DNA from: Candidatus Scalindua sp.
GTDB lineage: Bacteria; Planctomycetota; Brocadiia; Brocadiales; Scalinduaceae
Assembly: GCA_031316155.1 (NCBI GenBank)
Contig: JALDRB010000003.1
Span: 191,792 to 223,791 of the forward strand
Reading direction: 5' to 3'
DNA length: 32,000 nucleotides
Position 1 is the first letter of the stretch. Every line of letters begins with the position of its first letter. Under the pieces are notes generated by a model, which did not search any database, had not been told where the DNA came from, and saw only the letters and a program-made list of their open reading frames with translations. Of this stretch, positions 8,179 to 16,295 are shown piece by piece. The position numbers were made by a program, and so were the translations under genes.

Positions 8179-8550
8179 ATGAAGATTTATTATAACCCAA
8201 AATTAAAAGCCCTGTCCAGAGAACTCCGAAAAAGGGGCACGTTAGCAGAGGTTCTTCTCTGGAATGAATTGAAAGCCAGAAAAATAAAAGGGTATCAGTT
8301 CATGAGGCAGAAGCCAATTGGCGATTATATTGTTGATTTTTTCTGTAATAAGCTCAAACTGGTAATCGAGATAGATGGCTTCAGCCATAATGAGAAGTCT
8401 GAAAGCGATCGGATAAGACAACAGAGACTGGAGTCGATGGGTTTATCAGTTGTGAGATTTTGTGAACGGGACGTCAGAAGAGATATCCATGCGGTAGTCC
8501 AGGCAATTATCCACTGGATTGAAAAATTCGAAAAAAACACAACCCCCTGA
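8179..8550 (+). CDS. DUF559 (Vsr-like) endonuclease domain protein
   Basis: 123 aa. SRELRKRGTLAEVLLWNELK...GYQFMRQKPIGDYIVDFFCNKLKLVIEIDGFSH...VVRF is the typical DUF559 pattern. The last codons (NTTP*) run into a C5/G5 repeat. Confidence 0.85.
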   Translation: MKIYYNPKLKALSRELRKRGTLAEVLLWNELKARKIKGYQFMRQKPIGDYIVDFFCNKLKLVIEIDGFSHNEKSESDRIRQQRLESMGLSVVRFCERDVRRDIHAVVQAIIHWIEKFEKNTTP

Positions 8551-8572
8551 ATCCCCCTTTCTTAAGGGGGAC
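8537..8572. repeat. C5/G5 hairpin repeat copy (forward orientation)
   Basis: acacaaccccctgaatccccctttcttaagggggac. It overlaps the DUF559 stop codon. Confidence 0.85.
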
Positions 8573-8648
8573 TATCTTGATGCATAGGATTTTCAATGTT
8601 ACTAAAATTAATTGTCGGCGAGTAAGAAATCCGTCCGAATGGCCGTTA

Positions 8649-8953
8649 GGCCGGGTGGATAAGCACCAAATAATAAATTTTCAAATAACAAACAAATCAC
8701 AATAAACAAATACAAAATTTTTTACCCTGTTAAATCATTCATGTTGATGTAATTACATCAACTCTTAAAAAGCGAATTTTTTATGAAGCCAAATGAAAAT
8801 ACCAGAACACGTATTTAACAGGGCGAGCAGACTGGTTTGATCATTTCTGACTGCTGACATGCAGGCAAAAATTGGGATTTGTAATTTGTAATTTGTTTGT
8901 TGTTTGTGATTTGCGATTTGTTATTTATTAACCTCTGGCTTATCAAGGCCAGG
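8649..8953. repeat. Nested-palindrome AT-rich element (MITE-like)
   Basis: The outer arms 8649-8717 and 8872-8953 are roughly inverted complements. The middle pair is ccctgttaaat (8725-8735) and atttaacaggg (8813-8823). At the centre is a perfect 20-nt palindrome, gttgatgtaattacatcaac (8743-8762). Confidence 0.65.
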
Positions 8954-9016
8954 TTGCTTAAATATCGAGGAACATTTATTCTATTTGTGAGTGTTTCAGG
9001 GTGCTATGAGTAAAAA

Positions 9017-9049
9017 ATCCCCCTTAGAAAAGGGGGTGAAGGGGGTTGT
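9017..9049. repeat. C5/G5 hairpin repeat copy (reverse orientation)
   Basis: atcccccttagaaaagggggtgaagggggttgt is the reverse complement form of the ACAACCCCC...AAGGGGGA motif. Confidence 0.85.
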
Positions 9050-9074
9050 AAATAATTCTTCATTAAAATAAAAT

Positions 9075-9110
9075 ACACAACCCCCTGTTTCCCCCTTTCG
9101 TAAGGGGGAC
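9075..9110. repeat. C5/G5 hairpin repeat copy (forward orientation)
   Basis: acacaaccccctgtttccccctttcgtaagggggac is near-identical in layout to 8537-8572. Confidence 0.85.
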
Positions 9111-9158
9111 TAACTTGGAATTATTTATCAGAATGAGAACATATTCTTCAAGGAGGTG

Positions 9159-10537
9159 ATGTCTGACTCGTCCGCTCTGTTTTGTCCTTATGCCCTTTGG
9201 TAAAAAACCCGACGCCGCCGGGATTGTGATTGACTTCGATGTTGTGTACGGAGAGCTCATTGCCCCTGCCATTCGGGAGGCTGGACTCGAGCCTCTCCGT
9301 GCCGATGAAGAGATGGCAGGCGGAATCATCCAGAAACCGATGTTCGAACGGTTAATCCTGTGCGAGTATGCGGTGGCCGATTTGACGACTGCCAACGCAA
9401 ATGTCTTCTATGAGTTGGGGGTGCGTCACGCTGTGCGTCCGTGGAGCACCATCGCTTTTTTTTATGCCGCTGGCTCACGTATGCCATTCGATGTCGCAGA
9501 CCTGCGTGCACTGCCATATACGTTGTCCGGCGCAGGCACCCCGGGCAGATATCGTGAACGACAAGTCGGCGCTCGTGAAACGCCTTCTTGCGGCGAAAGA
9601 GGCTGCCGCAGAGAGACCATTAACAGACAGTCCCATCTTTCAGCTCGTTGACGGTTTCCCGAACATCTCCTCTGATAAGACAGATGTCTTCCGCGAACAG
9701 GTGCGATACTCAACGGAGATAAAGGCGCGCCTGGAAACGGCGCGAAAGCAGGGAGCCGATGCCCTTCGTGCGATAGAAAAAGAGATCAGCGGGAGTGGTG
9801 ACAGAATGAACACCGGCCTGAAAAATCAGGAATCCGGTGTTGTTATTGACCTTTTCCTCTCGTATCGGGAGGTACGGGCATGGAAAGATATGATCGCTCT
9901 TGTGGATAAGATGCCGGGTCCTCTGGCAGTTACGGTTATGGTTCAGGAGCAGTTCTCCCTTGCACTGAACCGGAACGGAGAGGGTGAAAGGGCGGAGAGA
10001 GTGCTCAGAGATCTTCTCGAGCGCAGGGGTGCAAGCAGCGAAACGTATGGGATACTCGGCAGAGTCTACAAGGATCGGTGGGAAACTGCGTCTGAAAGGG
10101 GTGATCGTTTCCTGGCACGGGGACTGCTTGACAAGGCGATTGATGCCTACCTGAGAGGCTTTGAGGCTGACTGGCGGGATGCCTATCCCGGTATCAACGC
10201 CCTTACGCTCATGGAACTGAGGGAACCACCAGATCCGCGTCGATTGCGCCTCATCCCGGTCGTCACCTATGCCGTTGAGCGCCGTATCGCCGCAGGCAGG
10301 CCTGATTACTGGGACTATGCGACCCGGCTGGAATTGTCGGTGCTGGCACAAGACGAACAGAGCGCCATGAATTCCCTTGGTGATGCCCTTGCCTCGGTAC
10401 CCGAACCGTGGAAGCAGGAGACTACCGCACGCAATCTCCGCCTTATCCGCGAGGCACGTGAACGGCGACAGGAGATCATACCCTGGGCGAAGGATGCCGA
10501 GGAAGCGCTTATCCAAAGGGGGAAAGAAATAAGGTAA
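9159..10537 (+). pseudogene. DUF4071/TRAFs-binding-domain-like TPR protein, frameshifted, GC-rich
   Basis: MPFGKKPDAAGIVIDFDVVYGELIAPAIREAGLEPLRADEEMAGGIIQKPMFERLILCEYAVADLTTANANVFYELGVRHAVRP (from 9190) matches this family's N-terminus from memory. The reading frame switches within ggcaccccgggcag (about 9534-9547) to the 9401..10537 frame, which holds the helical/TPR-like remainder. A possible extra shift lies between ATG 9159 and 9190. GC content is visibly higher than the surroundings. Confidence 0.7.
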
Positions 10538-10556
10538 CACAGCAATCCACAAGAAA

Positions 10557-10590
10557 ATCCCCCTTAACAAAGGGGGAAGAAGGGGGTTGT
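10557..10590. repeat. C5/G5 hairpin repeat copy (reverse orientation)
   Basis: atcccccttaacaaagggggaagaagggggttgt, 20 nt after the stop codon of the GC-rich gene. Confidence 0.85.
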
Positions 10591-10759
10591 TACCATACTT
10601 GCTAAAACCTGTTTTCGCAAATGCGGGGAATGGGAAATTCTTCAGCAAGTCCACGAGTCTTCTGCTCGTCCTGCAGATACCCGTTTCCGGTATCATTCTC
10701 AGCCTCAGGGAGAAACGAAAGAGAATATTTCACATTCTCCTCTTTTATCTTTATACTAT

Positions 10760-11071
10760 TCACTTCATAAGCGAATGGACACGCTTGACATCGGTTAACG
10801 CCTTATCGGTGGAAACGAGCGGGGTCACTTCTATGTCAGTAAAAAAAGGGAATAGCGGCAGGTTTCCCACGATCTGGTCAAATTCCTCATTTGAGTCTGT
10901 TTCAATAATGGCGGCAGCGCCTCTTCCACCGGCTATCTTACCGCCGGCAAGGATCTTGCCCCTTCTCTGCATCCTCAGGAAATACTCCCACTCCTTGACC
11001 ACGAAACCCAGGAAATCTTTAACGGGGATATCGGGTATTTTCTTTATCTGAACCTTTAATAAGAACATCAT
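10760..11071 (-). CDS. Muconolactone delta-isomerase-like small protein (ferredoxin-like fold)
   Basis: 103 aa. MMFLLKVQIKKIP... and ...LPLFPFFTDIEVTPL resemble the MIase hallmarks (MLFxVKM...; LPLFPYMDIEV). The overlapping + strand ORF 10587..11051 has no such support. Confidence 0.7.
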   Translation of the reverse strand: MMFLLKVQIKKIPDIPVKDFLGFVVKEWEYFLRMQRRGKILAGGKIAGGRGAAAIIETDSNEEFDQIVGNLPLFPFFTDIEVTPLVSTDKALTDVKRVHSLMK

Positions 11072-11153
11072 TTTGAACTCAGTTCCTTTCGGTTATTAAG
11101 GTAAACTCCTCGGAAATTTAATTACTTGTTTACAGTAAAACTACTTGCTTTCT

Positions 11154-11362
11154 ACACAAATACCAATACACAATAGACAAATTCCAAACAGATTACACTA
11201 TCAAATTATCAGAAATATTAAACATATTAATGCTTTCTATAGAGAAGAAGAAGCAGCATAAGAGAGGATAAATCTGATGTTTTGATCATTTGGATTTTGG
11301 TAATTGATTTTTGTTTGTAATTTGGGATTTATTATTTGTTATTCAGCCTCTCAATTGAGAGG
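11154..11362. repeat. Second copy of the AT-rich nested-palindrome element
   Basis: The left arm acacaaataccaatacacaatagacaaattccaaa mirrors the right arm tttgatcatttggattttggtaattgatttttgtttgtaatttgggatttattatttgtt. The right arm shares tttgatcattt...gtaatttg...gatttgttattt with 8836-8925. The element ends in the palindrome CCTCTCAATTGAGAGG (11347-11362), 13 nt downstream of the fabG stop. Confidence 0.55.
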
Positions 11363-11374
11363 AAAAGAGCTCAT

Positions 11375-12112
11375 TTATAGCGCCAACCCTCCATCGACAG
11401 TAAGGACATGACCGGTAATATATTTTGCATCATCTGAAAGCAAAAATGCCGCTATCTTTGCTATTTCTTCTGGGTTTCCAAACCGTTTGAGAGAGGTCAT
11501 ATCAATCATTTTTTTCTTGTATTCTTCCGGAAGAGTTGATGTCATATCTGTGTCGATAAAGCCACATGCAATAGCGTTCACATTGACTTTTGCCTTGCCA
11601 ACTTCCTTAGCCAGCGCCTTGGTGAAGCCGATAACTCCAGCCTTTGAAGCAGAGTAGTTGGCCTGTCCAGCTACTCCTGCAATACCACTGACTGATGTAA
11701 TATTGAGTATGTTTCCGCTTTTCTGCTTAACCATAGTCATAATTACAGCCTTGGAAAAGTTATAGACACTTTTCAGGTTTGTGTTGATCACCTCGTCCCA
11801 ATCACTCTCTTTCATCAGGGCGAGGAGTTTGTCCCTGGTAACACCGGCATTGTTGATTAAGAAATCTATCTGTCCAAATTCGTCTTTAACTTCTTTTACC
11901 ATATTTGCAGCAGCTTCAAAATCTGAGACATCCACCTGTTTTGCCAGGGACTTGACTCCCTGCGATTCAATTTCTGCAACAAGAGTCTTCGCCAGATCCT
12001 CACTCTTGGCATAATTAAAGGCAACATTGCATCCATTTCTTGCCAGCTCAAGGACTATAGCACGACCGATACCTCTTGTACCACCTGTTACTATCGCTAC
12101 TTTATCTTTCAT
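11375..12112 (-). CDS. fabG: 3-oxoacyl-ACP reductase (SDR family, FabG)
   Basis: 245 aa. TGGTRGIG cofactor motif, NNAG, and catalytic Ser...YSASK. High overall resemblance to FabG. Confidence 0.9.
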   Translation of the reverse strand: MKDKVAIVTGGTRGIGRAIVLELARNGCNVAFNYAKSEDLAKTLVAEIESQGVKSLAKQVDVSDFEAAANMVKEVKDEFGQIDFLINNAGVTRDKLLALMKESDWDEVINTNLKSVYNFSKAVIMTMVKQKSGNILNITSVSGIAGVAGQANYSASKAGVIGFTKALAKEVGKAKVNVNAIACGFIDTDMTSTLPEEYKKKMIDMTSLKRFGNPEEIAKIAAFLLSDDAKYITGHVLTVDGGLAL

Positions 12113-12190
12113 CTCTCTGCCTCCAGGGGAATATTAGTGATATAAAAATTATCTAAAAAAAATTTAACTCAAGGTTATGTCTGAAGAAAG

Positions 12191-12991
12191 TTACGTCTTT
12201 ACCAGTTTCTCCCGCATCATTTCTGCAAAGAGGCTTACCTCATATTCGATTCCCTCTCTTGTCTCGTGTTCCATTGCAAAGTTTATGCACTTTTTCATGG
12301 TCTGTATTGATCTGCTGGAGTTCTCAGCCAGAACCCCGGCGTAGTCCAAGGCCTCTTTGAGGACATCACTTACGGGTGCAAGTTTGTTCACCAGACCCCA
12401 TTGCAATGCTGTTTTTGCGCGGATCATCTTTCCTGAATACAACATTTCCTTGGCTCGGGCGGCGCCTATCACCTTTGGTAACCTGATAGTTCCTCCAAGC
12501 CCCGGTATTATGTTCAACTCCGGTTTTGCTTCCGGTAAACTGAAAAATGCGATTTCGGACGCTATGCGGATATCGCATAAGAGAGACAGTTCCAGTCCTG
12601 CTCCTATCGTGACACCATTGAGGGCGGCAATCAGAGGTTTCCGGCAGTTTTCTATCTCCCGGTACATCTCATGGGCTCTCACAAACCGGTCATAGTTCTT
12701 TTCAGCTACTAAACCTGAGATCCATGAACCAAACAACTCAGCCCTGTCCGCACCATCACTAAAAACACCCCTTATGCTGCTCGTGATTATTATGGCCACG
12801 ATCTTCTCATCCTTTTCGTATGCATCAATTCTGTCATATAGAGCATCCAGCAACCAGGAACCGATAGAATTTCGGGGAAGTTTTTTTAACTTAATGACAC
12901 CGGCGTATTTGTTAACCTGTAGTTTAACCTCTTCGTATTCCAGATGCCGGTATCCCGAGTCGTCACCCCTGTTCATTCGTATGTCTTTCAT
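12191..12991 (-). CDS. Enoyl-CoA hydratase/isomerase (crotonase) family protein
   Basis: 266 aa. GVTIGAGLELSLLCDIRIAS and FSLPEAKPELNIIPGLGGTIRL match the crotonase oxyanion-hole and catalytic Glu regions. The start lies 4 nt after the stop of the upstream gene. Confidence 0.85.
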   Translation of the reverse strand: MKDIRMNRGDDSGYRHLEYEEVKLQVNKYAGVIKLKKLPRNSIGSWLLDALYDRIDAYEKDEKIVAIIITSSIRGVFSDGADRAELFGSWISGLVAEKNYDRFVRAHEMYREIENCRKPLIAALNGVTIGAGLELSLLCDIRIASEIAFFSLPEAKPELNIIPGLGGTIRLPKVIGAARAKEMLYSGKMIRAKTALQWGLVNKLAPVSDVLKEALDYAGVLAENSSRSIQTMKKCINFAMEHETREGIEYEVSLFAEMMREKLVKT

Positions 12992-12995
12992 AATG

Positions 12996-15032
12996 TTAAA
13001 CCTTTAACCCTGCTTCAAATCCCTCGTGGATAGCTTCAAGAGCAGTTCGCACACTGACACAATCACCGATTTTATAAAATTCATTTACTGTTCCGTTGAG
13101 AGTATTTACAAGATCCTGATTGGGTTCATATCCCGTGGCTACAACAACTGTGTCAGCGATAAGAGAATTTTTTTTCTTCTCTTTTTCGAAGGTGACACAG
13201 ATTTTTTCAACTCTCTTTCTGGTGTTGGTTGATATCTTCACGGTTTTGATTTCTTTAACGTGCAAGCCGGTAATACACTCAACTCCCGCATCTTTTACCT
13301 GTTTTATGATGACCCATCGGGTTGAAATGCCGAAAGCTCCCCCGATCTTGTTTTTCATTTCCAGGATCGTAATGTTTTTTCGTCCCCGTGAGGTATATTC
13401 TGCTGCCTCCTCCCCGCTGATGACCTTGTTTCTGAGAAGATAGCAGGCCACTTCAGGGGTCATTGCACCCATTTTTGCAATATGTAAGGCAACCTCACAA
13501 CCAATCGTTCCACCACCGATGATGACTACGTCCTTTCCGACAGGTACCCTGTTGTCGAATATCTCTTCAGCCACAACGACATTCTTCTCTTTTATGCCGG
13601 GTATAGGGGGTATGATGGGGCGACCTCCGACAGCGGCAATTACCGCATCAGGCCCGAGATTCTTAATTGTCTTAACATCTGCCTTTTCATAAAGGTTTAT
13701 TTTTACGTTTAATTTTCTGATCTGTGTCTCAAGAAACGTAATGACGTTTTCTATTTCCTCTCTCCCCGGTGGAATATAGGCGTATCTCAGTTGTCCGCCG
13801 AGAACACCGTTTTTCTCATATAAATGCACCTCATGTCCTCTCAACGCGGCAACCCTTGCAGCTTCGAGTCCTCCCGGTCCGCCACCGATCACCATTACCT
13901 TTTTCTTTTTCGCGGCCTTCCTGATCTTCAACTCCCCCTCTCTCCCTGCCCTGACATTATAGATACAGCTTACCGGTTTGAAATTTAAGAGGGAATCAAA
14001 ACATCCCTGATTACAGGCGATACACCTCCTGATATCATTGAACTGTTTCTTCCTGTACTTTTTGGGCGATTCGGGGTCAGCGATAAGAGGTCTTCCTATC
14101 GATACCAGGTCTGACTGGCCATTATCCAGAATCTCTTCAGCTAATGCCAGATCGTTAACCCTTACCGAGCCAATTACGGGGACATGTACCTGGTCCTTAA
14201 TTTTCTCAGACAAGAAGATGTAGGACATCCTCGGGATGGCCATAAGCATGATGGGGGTCCGGCTTTCATGCCACCCAGGAGAAATATTAAAAGCATCAAC
14301 ACCCGCCTTTTCCAGCTCTTTTGCAATCTCAATACTCTCATCTATCTTGAGACCTTTATCAACAAAATCGTCTCCGGACAAACGGAATATAACGGGGAAT
14401 TTTTTACCAACCTTTTCTTTTATTGCAATTACAATTTCTCTTGCAAAATGTATCCTGTTTTCAAGGCTTCCTCCATATCGGTCCTTTCTCTCATTTGTTG
14501 CCCTGGAAAGGAACTGGTTGATAAGATAGCCCATACCTCCGTGTATCTCTACCGCATCAAAGCCCGCCTTCTTCAACCTTACGGTGGCATTGACAAAACT
14601 CTGTATCACCTTCTTAATCTCTGGTATGGTGAGTGCATGTGGCGCCTGTTTTATGTTGACGTGTGCCAGACTCGATGCTGAAACCGGACGCATCTTGGTA
14701 AAAAAAGAGGAGGCGCTTCTCCCTCCATGGAGCAGTTGAGCGGCAACCTTGACATTATACTTGTGGATTGTATCAGCAAATTTCTTTAACCCCGGTATAA
14801 ACTCATCTTTGTCCAGACCGATGATACTCTTCCATACCTTGCCATTCATCTCGGGATAACATCCACCTATTACGATTAAGCCTACTCCTCCACGGGCCCT
14901 CTCGACATAGAAATCAATAAAACGTTCATTTACCGAACCATCTGAAGTAAATCCGAGATCCATTGCAGACATGGCAAGCCTGTTCTTTATTTCGATACTG
15001 CCTATTTTTATCGGCTCAAATAGCTTACTCAT
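12996..15032 (-). CDS. FadH-type 2,4-dienoyl-CoA reductase-like flavoprotein (OYE FMN barrel + 4Fe-4S + FAD/NAD(P) domains)
   Basis: 678 aa. The N-terminus is an old-yellow-enzyme-like barrel. The Cys cluster RRCIACNQGC...C is present. Two dinucleotide motifs follow (VIGGGPGGLEAA; IIGGGTIGCEVA). This is the same three-part architecture as E. coli FadH. Confidence 0.9.
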   Translation of the reverse strand: MSKLFEPIKIGSIEIKNRLAMSAMDLGFTSDGSVNERFIDFYVERARGGVGLIVIGGCYPEMNGKVWKSIIGLDKDEFIPGLKKFADTIHKYNVKVAAQLLHGGRSASSFFTKMRPVSASSLAHVNIKQAPHALTIPEIKKVIQSFVNATVRLKKAGFDAVEIHGGMGYLINQFLSRATNERKDRYGGSLENRIHFAREIVIAIKEKVGKKFPVIFRLSGDDFVDKGLKIDESIEIAKELEKAGVDAFNISPGWHESRTPIMLMAIPRMSYIFLSEKIKDQVHVPVIGSVRVNDLALAEEILDNGQSDLVSIGRPLIADPESPKKYRKKQFNDIRRCIACNQGCFDSLLNFKPVSCIYNVRAGREGELKIRKAAKKKKVMVIGGGPGGLEAARVAALRGHEVHLYEKNGVLGGQLRYAYIPPGREEIENVITFLETQIRKLNVKINLYEKADVKTIKNLGPDAVIAAVGGRPIIPPIPGIKEKNVVVAEEIFDNRVPVGKDVVIIGGGTIGCEVALHIAKMGAMTPEVACYLLRNKVISGEEAAEYTSRGRKNITILEMKNKIGGAFGISTRWVIIKQVKDAGVECITGLHVKEIKTVKISTNTRKRVEKICVTFEKEKKKNSLIADTVVVATGYEPNQDLVNTLNGTVNEFYKIGDCVSVRTALEAIHEGFEAGLKV

Positions 15033-16257
15033 ATTTTTTCAAAACCAGACAGGAGTTGTTTCCTGAATAATCAAAGGAATTAACCAGTGCCGTGTTAATG
15101 TCACGCAGCTGTTTCTCATTCGTAATGTTTACATCGCACTCGGGGTCTTTTTCCTCATAGTTGATTGTTGGAGGTATGAGACTGTTATGAATAGAAAGTA
15201 CCGCTGCTGCAGTCTGCATTGCTCCGGACGCACCATAGCACTCTCCCACAACAGATTTAACAGCACATACCGGTATTTCCTTGCCTCTTTTTTCAAATAA
15301 TTCACCAATGGCCTTCGCCTCAATAAGGTCTGACAAGTCGCCTGAATTTCCGTTTGCATTAATAAGGTTAACATCGTGAAGTGACAGATTTGCATCGTTC
15401 AGGCACTTTTCCATTGCAGCCCTGGCCTTTTCGACTCTTTTTCCGGTATGGAACATTTTATTACCCGCAAAAATAGTTGCAAATCCCGAAATTTCCCCAT
15501 AAATCCCTGCGCCACGACTCAGAGCAAATTCAAGATCTTCCATAATAAATACATAGCTGCCTTCACTCATAATAAAACCGTTTCTCCTTTTATCAAACGG
15601 CATGCTGATCTCCCTGTCCGTTGGATTCGAACCTGCCAGCATCTTTCTCAGGAGGAAGATCATGTATAGATCAAATGATATCTGCTCAAAGCCGCCGGCG
15701 ATAATGATGTTTGCCTTCCCGTTCTGAATCAGTTTATGTGCATTACCAATTGCGTCAATTCCTGAAGTAAAGCCGGAGGAGATCGTTCTGGCAAACCCCT
15801 TGATCTTATATATAACAGATGCATAGTTTATAGAAGAATTCAGAGCTACATCATAGCTCTGCATTGGCGAGAGTTCGGAAGGATTTTCCCGGACAATGTC
15901 ATGAAAATAATCTGTGGTTTGTGAAAAGTTTCCCAGCGAAGAGCCTATTAAAATTCCCGTCTGGTTTGCCACTTCATCATCTATGCTCAATTTCGCATCG
16001 TCCAACGCTAATTTTACACTTGAAGCAAGAAATTTCGTTCCCTTGTTAAGGTATCTCAGCCCCTTCTGTCCTAAAAACTCCTCTGGTTTTAAATTTTTCA
16101 CTTCTGCCCCTTTTTTGCAGTGATATCTCGACAAATCCAGGGATTCCATGGGGGCGATGCCGGAATTGCCGGAAACAAGATTCTTCCAGAACTCCTTATG
16201 GCCGATGCCTATTGGAGATACAATACCAATACCAGTGATTACCGTTTTTTTATTCAT
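15025..16257 (-). CDS. Ketosynthase-like protein lacking the Cys-His-His triad (chain-length-factor-like partner)
   Basis: 410 aa, thiolase-fold KS homologue. Aligned to the neighbouring KS: NACSSG becomes SGFTSG (Cys to Phe), INAHGTGT becomes INANGNSG (His to Asn), and IGHTMGAAS becomes VGECYGASG (His to Glu). It overlaps the next gene by 8 nt. Confidence 0.85.
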   Translation of the reverse strand: MNKKTVITGIGIVSPIGIGHKEFWKNLVSGNSGIAPMESLDLSRYHCKKGAEVKNLKPEEFLGQKGLRYLNKGTKFLASSVKLALDDAKLSIDDEVANQTGILIGSSLGNFSQTTDYFHDIVRENPSELSPMQSYDVALNSSINYASVIYKIKGFARTISSGFTSGIDAIGNAHKLIQNGKANIIIAGGFEQISFDLYMIFLLRKMLAGSNPTDREISMPFDKRRNGFIMSEGSYVFIMEDLEFALSRGAGIYGEISGFATIFAGNKMFHTGKRVEKARAAMEKCLNDANLSLHDVNLINANGNSGDLSDLIEAKAIGELFEKRGKEIPVCAVKSVVGECYGASGAMQTAAAVLSIHNSLIPPTINYEEKDPECDVNITNEKQLRDINTALVNSFDYSGNNSCLVLKKYE

Positions 16258-16295
16258 TTATCACTCATAAAAAATGATGTGTTTGTGAATGTGGA

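Noticed and set aside
9710-10696. 328-aa minus-strand ORF antisense to the GC-rich TPR gene.
   Set aside because: High GC suppresses stop codons on the antisense strand. The sequence is R/P/G-rich with no recognisable motifs, whereas the sense strand has clear family similarity.
10587-11051. 154-aa plus-strand ORF.
   Set aside because: It overlaps almost completely with the minus-strand muconolactone-isomerase-like ORF, which has clear family motifs. The plus-strand product is low complexity.
13026-14681. Several 60-165-aa plus-strand ORFs antisense to the FadH-like gene, and similar ones antisense to the KS, rSAM and crotonase genes.
   Set aside because: They are nested antisense to long, strongly supported genes, with AT-rich, F/L/I/S-biased composition and no motifs.
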